A DNA stretch of 33,094 bases, taken from NCBI GenBank assembly GCA_016869015.1, contig VGFB01000001.1, positions 1-33,094 on the forward strand. The letters run 5' to 3'. This DNA is from Armatimonadota bacterium. Lineage in GTDB: Bacteria > Armatimonadota > Zipacnadia > Zipacnadales > VGFC01. The translations under genes and the position numbers were made by a program. Positions 17,860 through 26,079 of this stretch are shown here, piece after piece. The notes under the pieces were generated by a model. The model did no database searches. It saw nothing but the letters and a program-made list of their open reading frames with translations, and was not told where the DNA came from. The first letter of the stretch is position 1; each line of letters starts with the position of its first letter.

Positions 17860-20800
17860 CGGGCTCCCTCCTGAGGTGCGGGCAGACCCAGCACCTTCAG
17901 CACCTCGCCAAGGGCCCCGCGATGCAGCGTGATTCGGTAGCGCACGGTGCGCCAACGCGGCGCGAGGTCGGTCGGTTGGCCGTCCAGGAAGGCGACGAAG
18001 AGGGTCGAGTCGACCTTCCCCTGCAGGTAGAAGAGGTTCTGCACCTCCTCGAGGCCCGCGAAGCCGGAGAACTCCACACACTGCGGCCCGGGCGCCTCGA
18101 AGAACAGCCGCGGGCGGTCGGCATCGGTGAGGGGCTCGGTGGCGGACTGCCAGACGCGGTCTCCCGGGCCCGGCGACTTGCCCAAAGCGATCAGGCGCGG
18201 CGGCTCCCCACGGTAGACGGCCCACGGCCCGGCGTTCGGGAGGCCGAGAGTTTGCGCGAGGAAGGCCTGCACCTGGGCCTTCGTCATCTGGGGTCGCGCG
18301 GAGCACTCCACGGAGACGAACGGCTCATCGGTGAACTCGTACGCGACTCGGTATTGGGTGCGGGGCTCGGGGATGGGTCGACCGGACCAGCTCGCGTCAC
18401 GGAAGACACCCTCGAAGGTCAGGTGCAGGCGGTCGGGCCCGCGCTCGATGGTGGGCACACACTCAATGTCCAACTGCGAGAGAGCGTTCGTGCGGTGCTT
18501 GTTGCCGCTGGGATCGGTCCAGTCGGCGTAGATGCCGTAGTCCGAGTACACATTGGTGCCACGAACAGCGTCCGCTCCGGCAGCCTTGAGGGTCAGATTC
18601 TCGAGCGAGCCGCCCTGCGAGCGCCCGATGACCGCGCGGTACTCGGGCGTCTCCACGATGTACCGGCTGCCCTCGGTCCTCAACGGAATACCGGTCGCGG
18701 AAGCGCCCGCCGCCGCTACCGCCTCGATGTCGTCGCCGCCGCTCCCGAGCACTTCGAGGGCGTACGAAAGCTCGTAGACCTCGCCCCTCCGCAGCGTGAG
18801 CGGCTTCGACCCATCTGCCCAGAGGAGCCGCGCATGGAGGCCCAAGCTGTCGCCGAGCCGCTCCTTCAGCCTCACGCAGTCGGGCACGCCCGGCACCCAG
18901 CCTCGGATGTCTCGCACCAGCAGCGCGGTTCCGTCGGGCCACTCCGCGCCGAGGAAGCTGGTGTCGGGATCGAGCGGCAGCGACTCGGACGAGAAAAGCC
19001 GGTCGCTATGTGGGCGGACGTACATCGAGTGGTAGGGCTGGTCATCGAGGCGACGCGGAACCAGATCGTCGTAGAGCAGCCCCTCAAACGTCCTCGCGGC
19101 CCAGCGCGTCGCCTCAGGGAACGTCAGCGTCGTTGCGAGGGAGCCGAGCACGCCCTCGATGTTCACCCGGGGCCTGAACTGCACCGAGCAGCGGATCACC
19201 CGCCACTCATCGCAGACATACGCCGCCTCGTAGTCCATCGCGGGTTCCGCGCTCCCGCCCAGGTTGCGCGTCACCGTGCCGCGGGCGGCGACATTGAGCT
19301 CCCCTTCGTCCTCGGTGACCGCTGCGCCGCGGAAGGTCCCCGGACCGAGAGCGAGGTCCCCGCCGAGCCAGAGCCGCCGGCCCGCCGTGCCGAAGCGAAC
19401 CGGACCGAGCAACGTGCGCTCACCCGCGGCGAGGGACTCGATCAGGCCGCCGGTCTGCGGGCCGACTCGCAGCGTGTAGTGGGCATTCGTTACCGTCAGC
19501 GAGTCACCGCTGCGGACGACGGTGGCCTTCACGACGGGGGGCTGTGGGTTGTAGCGCGGCGGCGGGGGCTTCGGCGCCTCCTGCGGTGGGCGGAAGGTGA
19601 TCACGGCCGGGGCATAGGGGGGAAGGGAGAGCCCGATGGCCCGCATGTCCTCGGGGCGCCGGCTGTAGGCCTTCTCGACCGCTCTGTCCTCGAAGGCCTC
19701 CCAGAGCGAGTAGCTCTGCTGTGGGTCCAGCCCCGGGCATTGAGAGAGATCGACGGTGCATTCCACGGGGCGCCCGCTGAAGTTGATCGCCACCAGGGAA
19801 GCGCGGGAATTGGGGACAGGCACCAATTCCCCGCGTGACGTCGGCGGGAGATCGGTGCCTGTCCCCTTTTCCCGCATCACGGTCAGCACCGAGGGGTCGC
19901 TCGCCGGGAAGCTCGTGTAGTCCGCATCGCCGAGGGTCAGCTCGTCATGCGCGCGGCGGACCTCGAAGAGGCGCTTCAGGTAGGGTCCGTAGCCGATCTC
20001 CTGGTCGTGGTACAGGAACGGCGTCGCATCCGAGAGCGCCGCCAGCGCGAGCAGCGCCCGGTGCGTCCCGACGCCGAACTTGAGCTGCGCGCGGACCGTA
20101 TCGTGGTTCTCCAGCGTCATGATCTGCTTCGCACCGCGCGGGAAGCTGTAGCGCTGCTGCTGCAGCCACTGCGAGGCGCGGGGGACCCACGTCTCCGAGC
20201 CTTCATCGAGCAACGTCGGCGCGACGTTGAACAGGAAGGCCCAGTTGTACGTGAAGTTGGAGCTGCGGAAGAAGGGCGGCCCGCCGGACTCGGCCAGCAG
20301 GAACGCCTCGGGCTTTTCGGCCTCCATCGCCTTCCGCGAGGCGGCCAGCACCCCGAGACCCCCGGCGAGGCCCGACATCGAGGGGCGGTTGTCTGCGTAT
20401 GGCCGCCAGTTCGGCGGGCCGCCTCCGGCGCAATCCACGCGGTAGCCGTCCAGGCCCACGCGCCGCACCCAGTCCGCCGAGTGCTCGCCCATGAAGCCCT
20501 GCCAGCCCGGGTGCGCGTAGTCGCAGTACAGGCAGCCCCACCAGTACTGGAAGGAGCCGTCTTCGTTCTTGCAGATCCAATCGGGATGTTGTTCGTGTAG
20601 CTTCGAGCTGTCCAGCGGCCCGTGCGGGATCAGATCACCCAGTACCCGAATCCCCAGCCCATGCGCCTGATCGACGAGGGCCTTCAACTCCTCTTCGGTG
20701 CCCAGGCGCGGATCGAGGCTGTGGTAGTCGTCGGGCGCGTACACGTGCCCGTGCCAGATGGGCAGCAGCCAGAGCATGTTCACGCCCAGGTCCGCGTAGT

Positions 20801-21764
20801 AAGGCAGCATCTTCGCGAACTCACGATAGCCGCCCACATCCCGGAAGCCCGAGTCGATCGTCCCGCCCGGGTGCGCGGAATACACCACCGTCTTCGCCGC
20901 AGCCTCCAGCGTGCGCTGAGGCGGAGCCAGCCCGACGAGGTCGTACAGCGCCTGCCCGGCCGCCAAGCCCGCCTGCCGATCACCCTCGGCCACGCCGAGC
21001 AACTGGCTGCCCAACGCGATCGGTTTGCCGGGTTCGGCCTCCACGATCGCGCTCTGCTGGCCGATCACGGTGACCGAGCCCTCGCCCTCGATGACCATCG
21101 CGTGGGCGTACTCTTGGTCGCTGTAGTACGTCACCGGGAGCGCGACGCCCGCCTGCTGGTCATGCAGCAGCACGAAGTGCCCCGAGACGCTCGACATCAT
21201 CTCATCGGTCACGCGGCCGGGGCTGAGCTCGCTGAACGCCACCGAACTCGGCGGGTAATTGCTGAGGTGAGTGTAGGTAGTGTCGGCCGGTCGGCCCAAC
21301 TTCAGCCCGGGGAGCACCAACCGCAGGCCGTTGACGCGGCCCTGGCCCGCAACCTGCGGAGTGAACACCGCCGAACGCAGCAGCGAAGCCTTCCCCTCCC
21401 ACAGGCGATAGCTCGCCTGCAGGCGCCACCCATCTCGGCTCGACTCCACGTGCAGCGCCGCGCCGTCGGGCAGCGTCTCGACCCGGTGCGTGTCATGCCG
21501 CCAGGCCGACGGCTCCTGCGCCGACAGCCACCTGCCGCCCGCGTTCAGGTCGCAACTCGCCAGACCCCGGACGTTGTCGAGGACCACCAGGTCCCGCGGC
21601 CGATAGACCATCTGCCGCAGTTCGCCGGTTGCCGCATCGAACCGCAGCTCCAGCGCCTCGTTCCCGAAGACGACAGCCCCGGCATCCGTGCGCGAGTAGA
21701 CCTCATCGGCGTGGACGGGACACAGCCACGACGCAGCCAGAGAAGCCCACAGTATGTGGATCAT
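17856..21764 (-). CDS. Secreted multidomain glycoside hydrolase with a GH13 (alpha-amylase family) catalytic core
   Basis: The 1302-aa ORF has the signal MIHILWASLAASWLCPVHA. The four GH13 regions are GIRVLGDLIPHG, GYRVDCAGG, FLLAES and LENHDT. Extra N- and C-terminal beta-rich modules are present. Confidence 0.9.
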   Translation of the reverse strand: MIHILWASLAASWLCPVHADEVYSRTDAGAVVFGNEALELRFDAATGELRQMVYRPRDLVVLDNVRGLASCDLNAGGRWLSAQEPSAWRHDTHRVETLPDGAALHVESSRDGWRLQASYRLWEGKASLLRSAVFTPQVAGQGRVNGLRLVLPGLKLGRPADTTYTHLSNYPPSSVAFSELSPGRVTDEMMSSVSGHFVLLHDQQAGVALPVTYYSDQEYAHAMVIEGEGSVTVIGQQSAIVEAEPGKPIALGSQLLGVAEGDRQAGLAAGQALYDLVGLAPPQRTLEAAAKTVVYSAHPGGTIDSGFRDVGGYREFAKMLPYYADLGVNMLWLLPIWHGHVYAPDDYHSLDPRLGTEEELKALVDQAHGLGIRVLGDLIPHGPLDSSKLHEQHPDWICKNEDGSFQYWWGCLYCDYAHPGWQGFMGEHSADWVRRVGLDGYRVDCAGGGPPNWRPYADNRPSMSGLAGGLGVLAASRKAMEAEKPEAFLLAESGGPPFFRSSNFTYNWAFLFNVAPTLLDEGSETWVPRASQWLQQQRYSFPRGAKQIMTLENHDTVRAQLKFGVGTHRALLALAALSDATPFLYHDQEIGYGPYLKRLFEVRRAHDELTLGDADYTSFPASDPSVLTVMREKGTGTDLPPTSRGELVPVPNSRASLVAINFSGRPVECTVDLSQCPGLDPQQSYSLWEAFEDRAVEKAYSRRPEDMRAIGLSLPPYAPAVITFRPPQEAPKPPPPRYNPQPPVVKATVVRSGDSLTVTNAHYTLRVGPQTGGLIESLAAGERTLLGPVRFGTAGRRLWLGGDLALGPGTFRGAAVTEDEGELNVAARGTVTRNLGGSAEPAMDYEAAYVCDEWRVIRCSVQFRPRVNIEGVLGSLATTLTFPEATRWAARTFEGLLYDDLVPRRLDDQPYHSMYVRPHSDRLFSSESLPLDPDTSFLGAEWPDGTALLVRDIRGWVPGVPDCVRLKERLGDSLGLHARLLWADGSKPLTLRRGEVYELSYALEVLGSGGDDIEAVAAAGASATGIPLRTEGSRYIVETPEYRAVIGRSQGGSLENLTLKAAGADAVRGTNVYSDYGIYADWTDPSGNKHRTNALSQLDIECVPTIERGPDRLHLTFEGVFRDASWSGRPIPEPRTQYRVAYEFTDEPFVSVECSARPQMTKAQVQAFLAQTLGLPNAGPWAVYRGEPPRLIALGKSPGPGDRVWQSATEPLTDADRPRLFFEAPGPQCVEFSGFAGLEEVQNLFYLQGKVDSTLFVAFLDGQPTDLAPRWRTVRYRITLHRGALGEVLKVLGLPAPQEGAR
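19812..19866. repeat. 55-nt palindromic element, copy 2, lying in frame inside the GH13-like CDS
   Basis: GGGGACAGGCACC (19812-19824) pairs with GGTGCCTGTCCCC (19854-19866). The copy is roughly 88 percent identical to 998-1052 over about 57 nt. It encodes KGTGTDLPPTSRGELVPVPN. Confidence 0.8.
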
Positions 21765-21775
21765 GTCGTGCCTCA

Positions 21776-22165
21776 GTCGTTGACGTTGACGTCCCCTGGG
21801 ACCGCCGCCGTCTCGGCGGCGGCTGTGGTCGGTGGTGGTGTCGCTGCCGAGTCGTTGACGTTAACGTCCCCTGGGACCGCCGCCGTCTCGGCGGCGGCTG
21901 TGGTCGGTGGCGGTGTCGCTGCCGAGTCGTTGACGTCCACGGCTCACCTCCCTCCACCCCGGCCGGCGAGACGCCGGCGGCCCCGGAGGACGTCAACGTC
22001 CCCCGGTTTCGGCTCCGAGGGCTTCGATGGCCTCGGCGATTGTCCGCCGGGCGGCGAGCAGTGTCTCGGGGTCGGCGGCGGTGTCGCTGCCGAGTCGTTG
22101 ACGTCAACGGCTCACCTCCCTCCACCCCGGCCGGCGAGACGCCGGCGGTCCCGGAGGACGTCAAC
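21776..22165. repeat. Composite repeat block L (units A-A-B-T-B) between the GH13-like gene start and the RAYT stop
   Basis: A 21776-21850, A 21851-21925, B 21926-21997, T 21998-22093, B 22094-22165. Unit A contains the CCGCCGCCG-TCT-CGGCGGCGG hairpin. Unit B is closed by GTTGACGTC/GACGTCAAC. Unit T copies the 3-prime end of the 23163-26063 gene. Confidence 0.9.
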
Positions 22166-22168
22166 AGC

Positions 22169-22765
22169 TCACGGCACGGACCGGAAACGTGGGTTGGCGC
22201 TGCTGAACGGCCACTCCTCCTGTCGCGCGCAGAGCCCGGCCTGGACCGGGTTCCACTCAATGTAGGAGACAGCGGCCCTGAGATGACGTTCATCGCGAAG
22301 GAAGCGGTCCCAGAAGTCGCGATGCCAGAAGGAGCCTGTCCGCCCAAGCAGACGGTTCGCCTCGTGGGCAGTGAACGACTTCCACGAATGCACGATGTCT
22401 GGAAGTCGGTGGTCGCGATCCGGTGTGCATAGCACATGCACGTGGTTAGGCATGACGACCCATGCCGAAAGCCGGTAGCGGTCGCCGTCGAAGTGGAGGA
22501 AGGCCTGCTGAGCGACCTCGGCTATCTGCGGAGTCCTCAGAAGGGGTCGGCCGTAACCGCGATCGAGGTGCCGGTCGATCCGGCGGCGCAGGATGGCCTT
22601 GGCCTGCTCATCCGGCACCAAACGCAACTGCTCACGCCACTCCTCGATTCGTTGGGCGGGAACGGCGTCCACCAAGCCGAACGTCACCAGCTGCGGCATC
22701 TCGCCGCCATCGAAGTGGGGAAGATACCCTCGTGAATACCAACCCTTGGGGCCCTGGTCATCCAC
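22169..22765 (-). CDS. REP-associated tyrosine transposase (RAYT), apparently intact
   Basis: The ORF extends to 22942, but residues 1-59 are translated repeat units. An in-frame GTG at 22765 gives VDDQGPKGWYSRGYLPHFDGG, a typical RAYT N-terminus. HUH motif VVMPNHVHVLCTP; Tyr region AAVSYIEWNPVQAGL. Confidence 0.85.
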   Translation of the reverse strand: MDDQGPKGWYSRGYLPHFDGGEMPQLVTFGLVDAVPAQRIEEWREQLRLVPDEQAKAILRRRIDRHLDRGYGRPLLRTPQIAEVAQQAFLHFDGDRYRLSAWVVMPNHVHVLCTPDRDHRLPDIVHSWKSFTAHEANRLLGRTGSFWHRDFWDRFLRDERHLRAAVSYIEWNPVQAGLCARQEEWPFSSANPRFRSVP

Positions 22766-22783
22766 CGAATGCCCCCTGCCCGG

Positions 22784-23167
22784 GTCGCTGACGTCCCCTG
22801 GGACCGCCGCCGTCTCGGCGGCGGCTGTGGTCGGTGGTGGTGTCGCTGCCGAGTCGTTGACGTTAACGTCCCCTGGGACCGCCGCCGTCTCGGCGGCGGC
22901 TGTGGTCGGCGGCGGTGTCGCTGCCGAGTCGTTGACGTCCACGGCTCACCTCCCTCCACCCCGGCCGGCGAGACGCCGGCGGTCCCGGAGGACGTCAACG
23001 TCCCCCGGTTTCGGCTCCGAAGGCTTCGATGGCCTCGGCGATTGTTCGCCGGGCGGCGAGCAGTGTCTCGGGGTCGGTGGTGGTGTCGCTGCCGAGTCGT
23101 TGACGTCCACGGCTCACCTCCCTCCACCCCGGCCGGCGAGACGCTGGCGGTCCCGGAGGACGTCAAC
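22784..23167. repeat. Composite repeat block R (units A'-A-B-T-B), a direct repeat of block L
   Basis: A' 22784-22852 (6 bp shorter), A 22853-22927, B 22928-22999, T 23000-23095, B 23096-23167. The order and orientation match block L, at an offset of 1002 bp. The last B unit contains the stop codon of the next gene. Confidence 0.9.
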
Positions 23168-26063
23168 GTCCCCCGGTTTCGGCTCCGAAGGCTTCGATGG
23201 CCTCGGCGATTGTTCGCCGGGCGGCGAGCAGTGCTTCGGGGTCGGTGGTGTAGGTGAAGTTGGGCGAGCCGTCAGTCCGCTTCAGGACGCGCTCGTCGAT
23301 CCCGAGCAGCTCCCGGGCCCGGGCGACGGCCTCGAGTGCGCGGCCCGCTTGCTCGGCATCGTCGGCGAGGCGCTTGAGCAAGGCCAGGTACTCGTAGTCC
23401 TCGAGGCCGTCGCGGATGACGTTGAGCCGAATCGAGGGGTAGAGCGTCATCTCCGGGCCCCAGTAGCAGAGCGTACCGTCGCCGTTGCCCATGTGCGGCG
23501 GGCCGATCGGGTACTGTTCTGTTGGGCCGTCGGGTGTCATCTGCTTGGGGTCGCCGTGGTACTCGACGCCCCAGTACAGGAAGCCGGTCTTCTCGTACTT
23601 CCAGGTGAGCCAGAAGACCATGCGTGGGTCGATGGTCGGGTAATCGACGAAGAAGTTCGGGTACGGGTGCACCGGCCCGCAGCAGATGTACCACCAGCGC
23701 TCGGGGTCGTGGGGCGCCCAGGCCTTCAGAAGGTCCTGGGAGGCGGGGTCATTGGGGTGCGCCTCGGGGAGGCCCCCCGGGACCCAGATGTCCGCGAGAC
23801 CAACCAGCCGCGGGTCGCGCGGGGCCGTCGCCAGGCGCTTGATCTTGGGCGCCACGCGATCCATGAGTTCGGCAAGCCGCATGTTCGCCGTGATCGCGCT
23901 CTCCTGCCACGATTCGTCGACCATGTACCAGACGGCCTCGTCCAGCCAGCCCTTCTCCTCGAGGTGCGGCTGGAGCACGCGCAGATACGCCTCCAGGAAC
24001 TCCCAGTAGTCGGGGAGGTTGGTCGCGCCGGAGGTGCTTCCGCAGCCCGGGGTAAAGCCCACGCAGATCGTCCGGCAGCCCGAGTCGTACAGGTGCTGCC
24101 AGATGCGGTCGGTCTCGGTGAAGTCGAACTCCCAGCCCGCGTCCGTCTTCGTCTCGCGGAGGTAAGGCGCAACGGTGGTGAGGTGCTGGGCGGCCTCGTT
24201 GCCCCAGACGTGAGTGCCCAGCCGCCGTTTCAGGCAGACATCGGCCATTGCGAGCATCGTCTCGAGCGGCACCTTCTGCGCGTAGTCGTCGCCGTCGCCG
24301 CCGAGGTACTTCTGGGCCGCGACATACGCGCGCAACACGAAGAGCTGCCGCAGCGCGTGCTCCACGGGCAGCGCGAACTCGCGCACCCGAAGCGCGATCG
24401 GCACGCGCTCGACCTGTCCCTCGGCCTCGACGCGCAGGGCGCCCGTGTACTCGCCCGGCGTCGCGTCGCGGGGCACGAAGAGATCGAGCCAGACCGGCTG
24501 TGTGGTGTGCCCAACATCGAACGGACCGGCGATCGGCAGCAGCGGGTCCGGCCACCACGACTGGCCCGCGGGGGTGCCGGGGCTCGGCCCCGGCACGTGC
24601 ACCGAGCCGACGCGATAGAGCTCGAGCGCATCGCCCCCGATCTCGGCGCCCGTCGCCGACCGCAGCGGCTCCATCGAGACCCGGACTCCCGTCGCCGCGC
24701 GATCCAGCGGCACGACCGCGACCTGCACGCTCTCCCCCTCACCCCGGGCCGCCTCGATGCGCACGGGCGAGCCGCTCGTGCCACTGGGTGGGGGCTCGTC
24801 CCGCAGGAGCTTGTCCAGCGGCCGCGCAGGCACCACCAAGAAGCGCTTGCCCCTTGCCTCCGGGTGCGCCGCCAGGGCGCTCAGTCGCCCGTTCAGCGCC
24901 GCCGCCTCGACGTTGAGCGCCCCCATCAGCTCTGCGGCGGCATCCCAGTCACGCTGCGTCTCCTCGCCGGCCTCCCGGTCGAGCAGCGCGGGCACCCGCT
25001 CGCCGGTCTCCCGGGTCTTGGCGGTCAGCGTGTCATGCCAGTCCCGCAGGGGATGGTCGCCCAGCCCCTCCACCAGGGCGGTGTGGGGCGCCAGCTTCGC
25101 CTCCAGCGCATCACACAGCCCCGGCACGTCCGGCTGCTGCACCGTGAACCCGGTCCACCAGATCGGTAGCTCGCCTCGGCGAATCACCAGTCGCACGTCG
25201 GTCCGCCCGGGTCCGACGACATACGGGACGGTAGCCGGAGCTGCCTCCCACGGCCCGCCCTCCGCCTGGATCTCCACCGCCACGGACGCCTCCGCCGGTA
25301 GGCTCGCCGTCAGTCGGTTGCGGCCGATGCCCCGACGGCCGGAATCACAGTCGCTCACCGCACCAGCCTCCATGATCGTCGGCCAGTGCGCCTCCCACAC
25401 GCGCTTCAGGTACTCGGGGGTGGGGAAACCGGCATCGGAGTAGAGGTTCGTGGCGATCAGCACGCCCTTCCCGATGCGCGCCTTCAGCAGCAGCGGCTTG
25501 CCCTCGGGACAGGTCGCCAGGACCTGCCAGCCCGCTCCGCACGACTCGAAGTGCGCCCAGGGCAGCGTGGCGCTTCCCGGCGGCGTGAAGGGGTCGTCGG
25601 CGACCACCGGAACCGGGTGCTTGCTCTTGGGATCACTCATGCCCTCCGGGCACTGACGGCAGGCCAGTTCCAGCCCTGGGCCCAGGGCGCTGACCCAGGA
25701 GAGCTGCTGGCCGTAGTTGGCATCCACCGCGAACAGAATCCCGCCGCGCTCCAGGAAGCGCTTCCACGCCTCGAGGTGCGCCTCGAAGGGCTGGGCATTG
25801 CTGTAGTTGTACAGCGCCGGCGGGCAGAAGACGTCGAACCGATCCAGGTCCGCGATTAGCTCACTTACCTGCGTGTTCTCCACGCGGACATAGGGCCAAC
25901 CGAGCTCCTGGTAGAGCGCATCGAGGCTCTCCCGGTACGCGTATGCGCCCTCGAGCCACGAGGAGTACGTCCCCGCGACCCTCGGCGTAGGCGGCGCAGG
26001 GCCCTCCGCCAGAACGGTGACAGTCGCCAGAAGCACCAGAAGCAGACAGAGCAACGGGATCAT
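23163..26063 (-). CDS. Secreted DUF4091/GH123-like putative glycoside hydrolase with an N-terminal amidotransferase-like domain
   Basis: 966-aa ORF with signal MIPLLCLLLVLLATVTVLA. ATG is preceded by GAGGTGA. WWPDPLLP and the ...GWLDEAVWYMVDE region resemble DUF4091-type proteins by eye, so the function call is tentative. The last ~26 codons and the stop codon lie in repeat sequence. Confidence 0.8.
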   Translation of the reverse strand: MIPLLCLLLVLLATVTVLAEGPAPPTPRVAGTYSSWLEGAYAYRESLDALYQELGWPYVRVENTQVSELIADLDRFDVFCPPALYNYSNAQPFEAHLEAWKRFLERGGILFAVDANYGQQLSWVSALGPGLELACRQCPEGMSDPKSKHPVPVVADDPFTPPGSATLPWAHFESCGAGWQVLATCPEGKPLLLKARIGKGVLIATNLYSDAGFPTPEYLKRVWEAHWPTIMEAGAVSDCDSGRRGIGRNRLTASLPAEASVAVEIQAEGGPWEAAPATVPYVVGPGRTDVRLVIRRGELPIWWTGFTVQQPDVPGLCDALEAKLAPHTALVEGLGDHPLRDWHDTLTAKTRETGERVPALLDREAGEETQRDWDAAAELMGALNVEAAALNGRLSALAAHPEARGKRFLVVPARPLDKLLRDEPPPSGTSGSPVRIEAARGEGESVQVAVVPLDRAATGVRVSMEPLRSATGAEIGGDALELYRVGSVHVPGPSPGTPAGQSWWPDPLLPIAGPFDVGHTTQPVWLDLFVPRDATPGEYTGALRVEAEGQVERVPIALRVREFALPVEHALRQLFVLRAYVAAQKYLGGDGDDYAQKVPLETMLAMADVCLKRRLGTHVWGNEAAQHLTTVAPYLRETKTDAGWEFDFTETDRIWQHLYDSGCRTICVGFTPGCGSTSGATNLPDYWEFLEAYLRVLQPHLEEKGWLDEAVWYMVDESWQESAITANMRLAELMDRVAPKIKRLATAPRDPRLVGLADIWVPGGLPEAHPNDPASQDLLKAWAPHDPERWWYICCGPVHPYPNFFVDYPTIDPRMVFWLTWKYEKTGFLYWGVEYHGDPKQMTPDGPTEQYPIGPPHMGNGDGTLCYWGPEMTLYPSIRLNVIRDGLEDYEYLALLKRLADDAEQAGRALEAVARARELLGIDERVLKRTDGSPNFTYTTDPEALLAARRTIAEAIEAFGAETGGR

Positions 26064-26079
26064 CCAGTCACCTCACTCA

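Noticed and set aside
17860-18306. Upstream 149 codons of ORF 16909-18306.
   Set aside because: This part overlaps the C-terminal coding region of the GH13-like gene in another frame and has an Arg/Pro/Gly-rich composition. ATG at 17859 forms an ATGA overlap with the upstream stop.
22766-22942. N-terminal 59-residue extension of the RAYT ORF (MDVNDSAATPPPTTAAAETAAVPG...).
   Set aside because: This part is simply the translation of repeat units A and A', which also occur non-coding on the other side of the gene. An in-frame GTG at 22765 gives a canonical RAYT N-terminus.
21776-23167. Possible CRISPR array, because of regularly repeated 72-75-nt units.
   Set aside because: The units are directly abutting with no unique spacers. 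They are far longer than CRISPR repeats, include a copy of a gene tail, and flank a RAYT. They fit a REP-type composite repeat instead.
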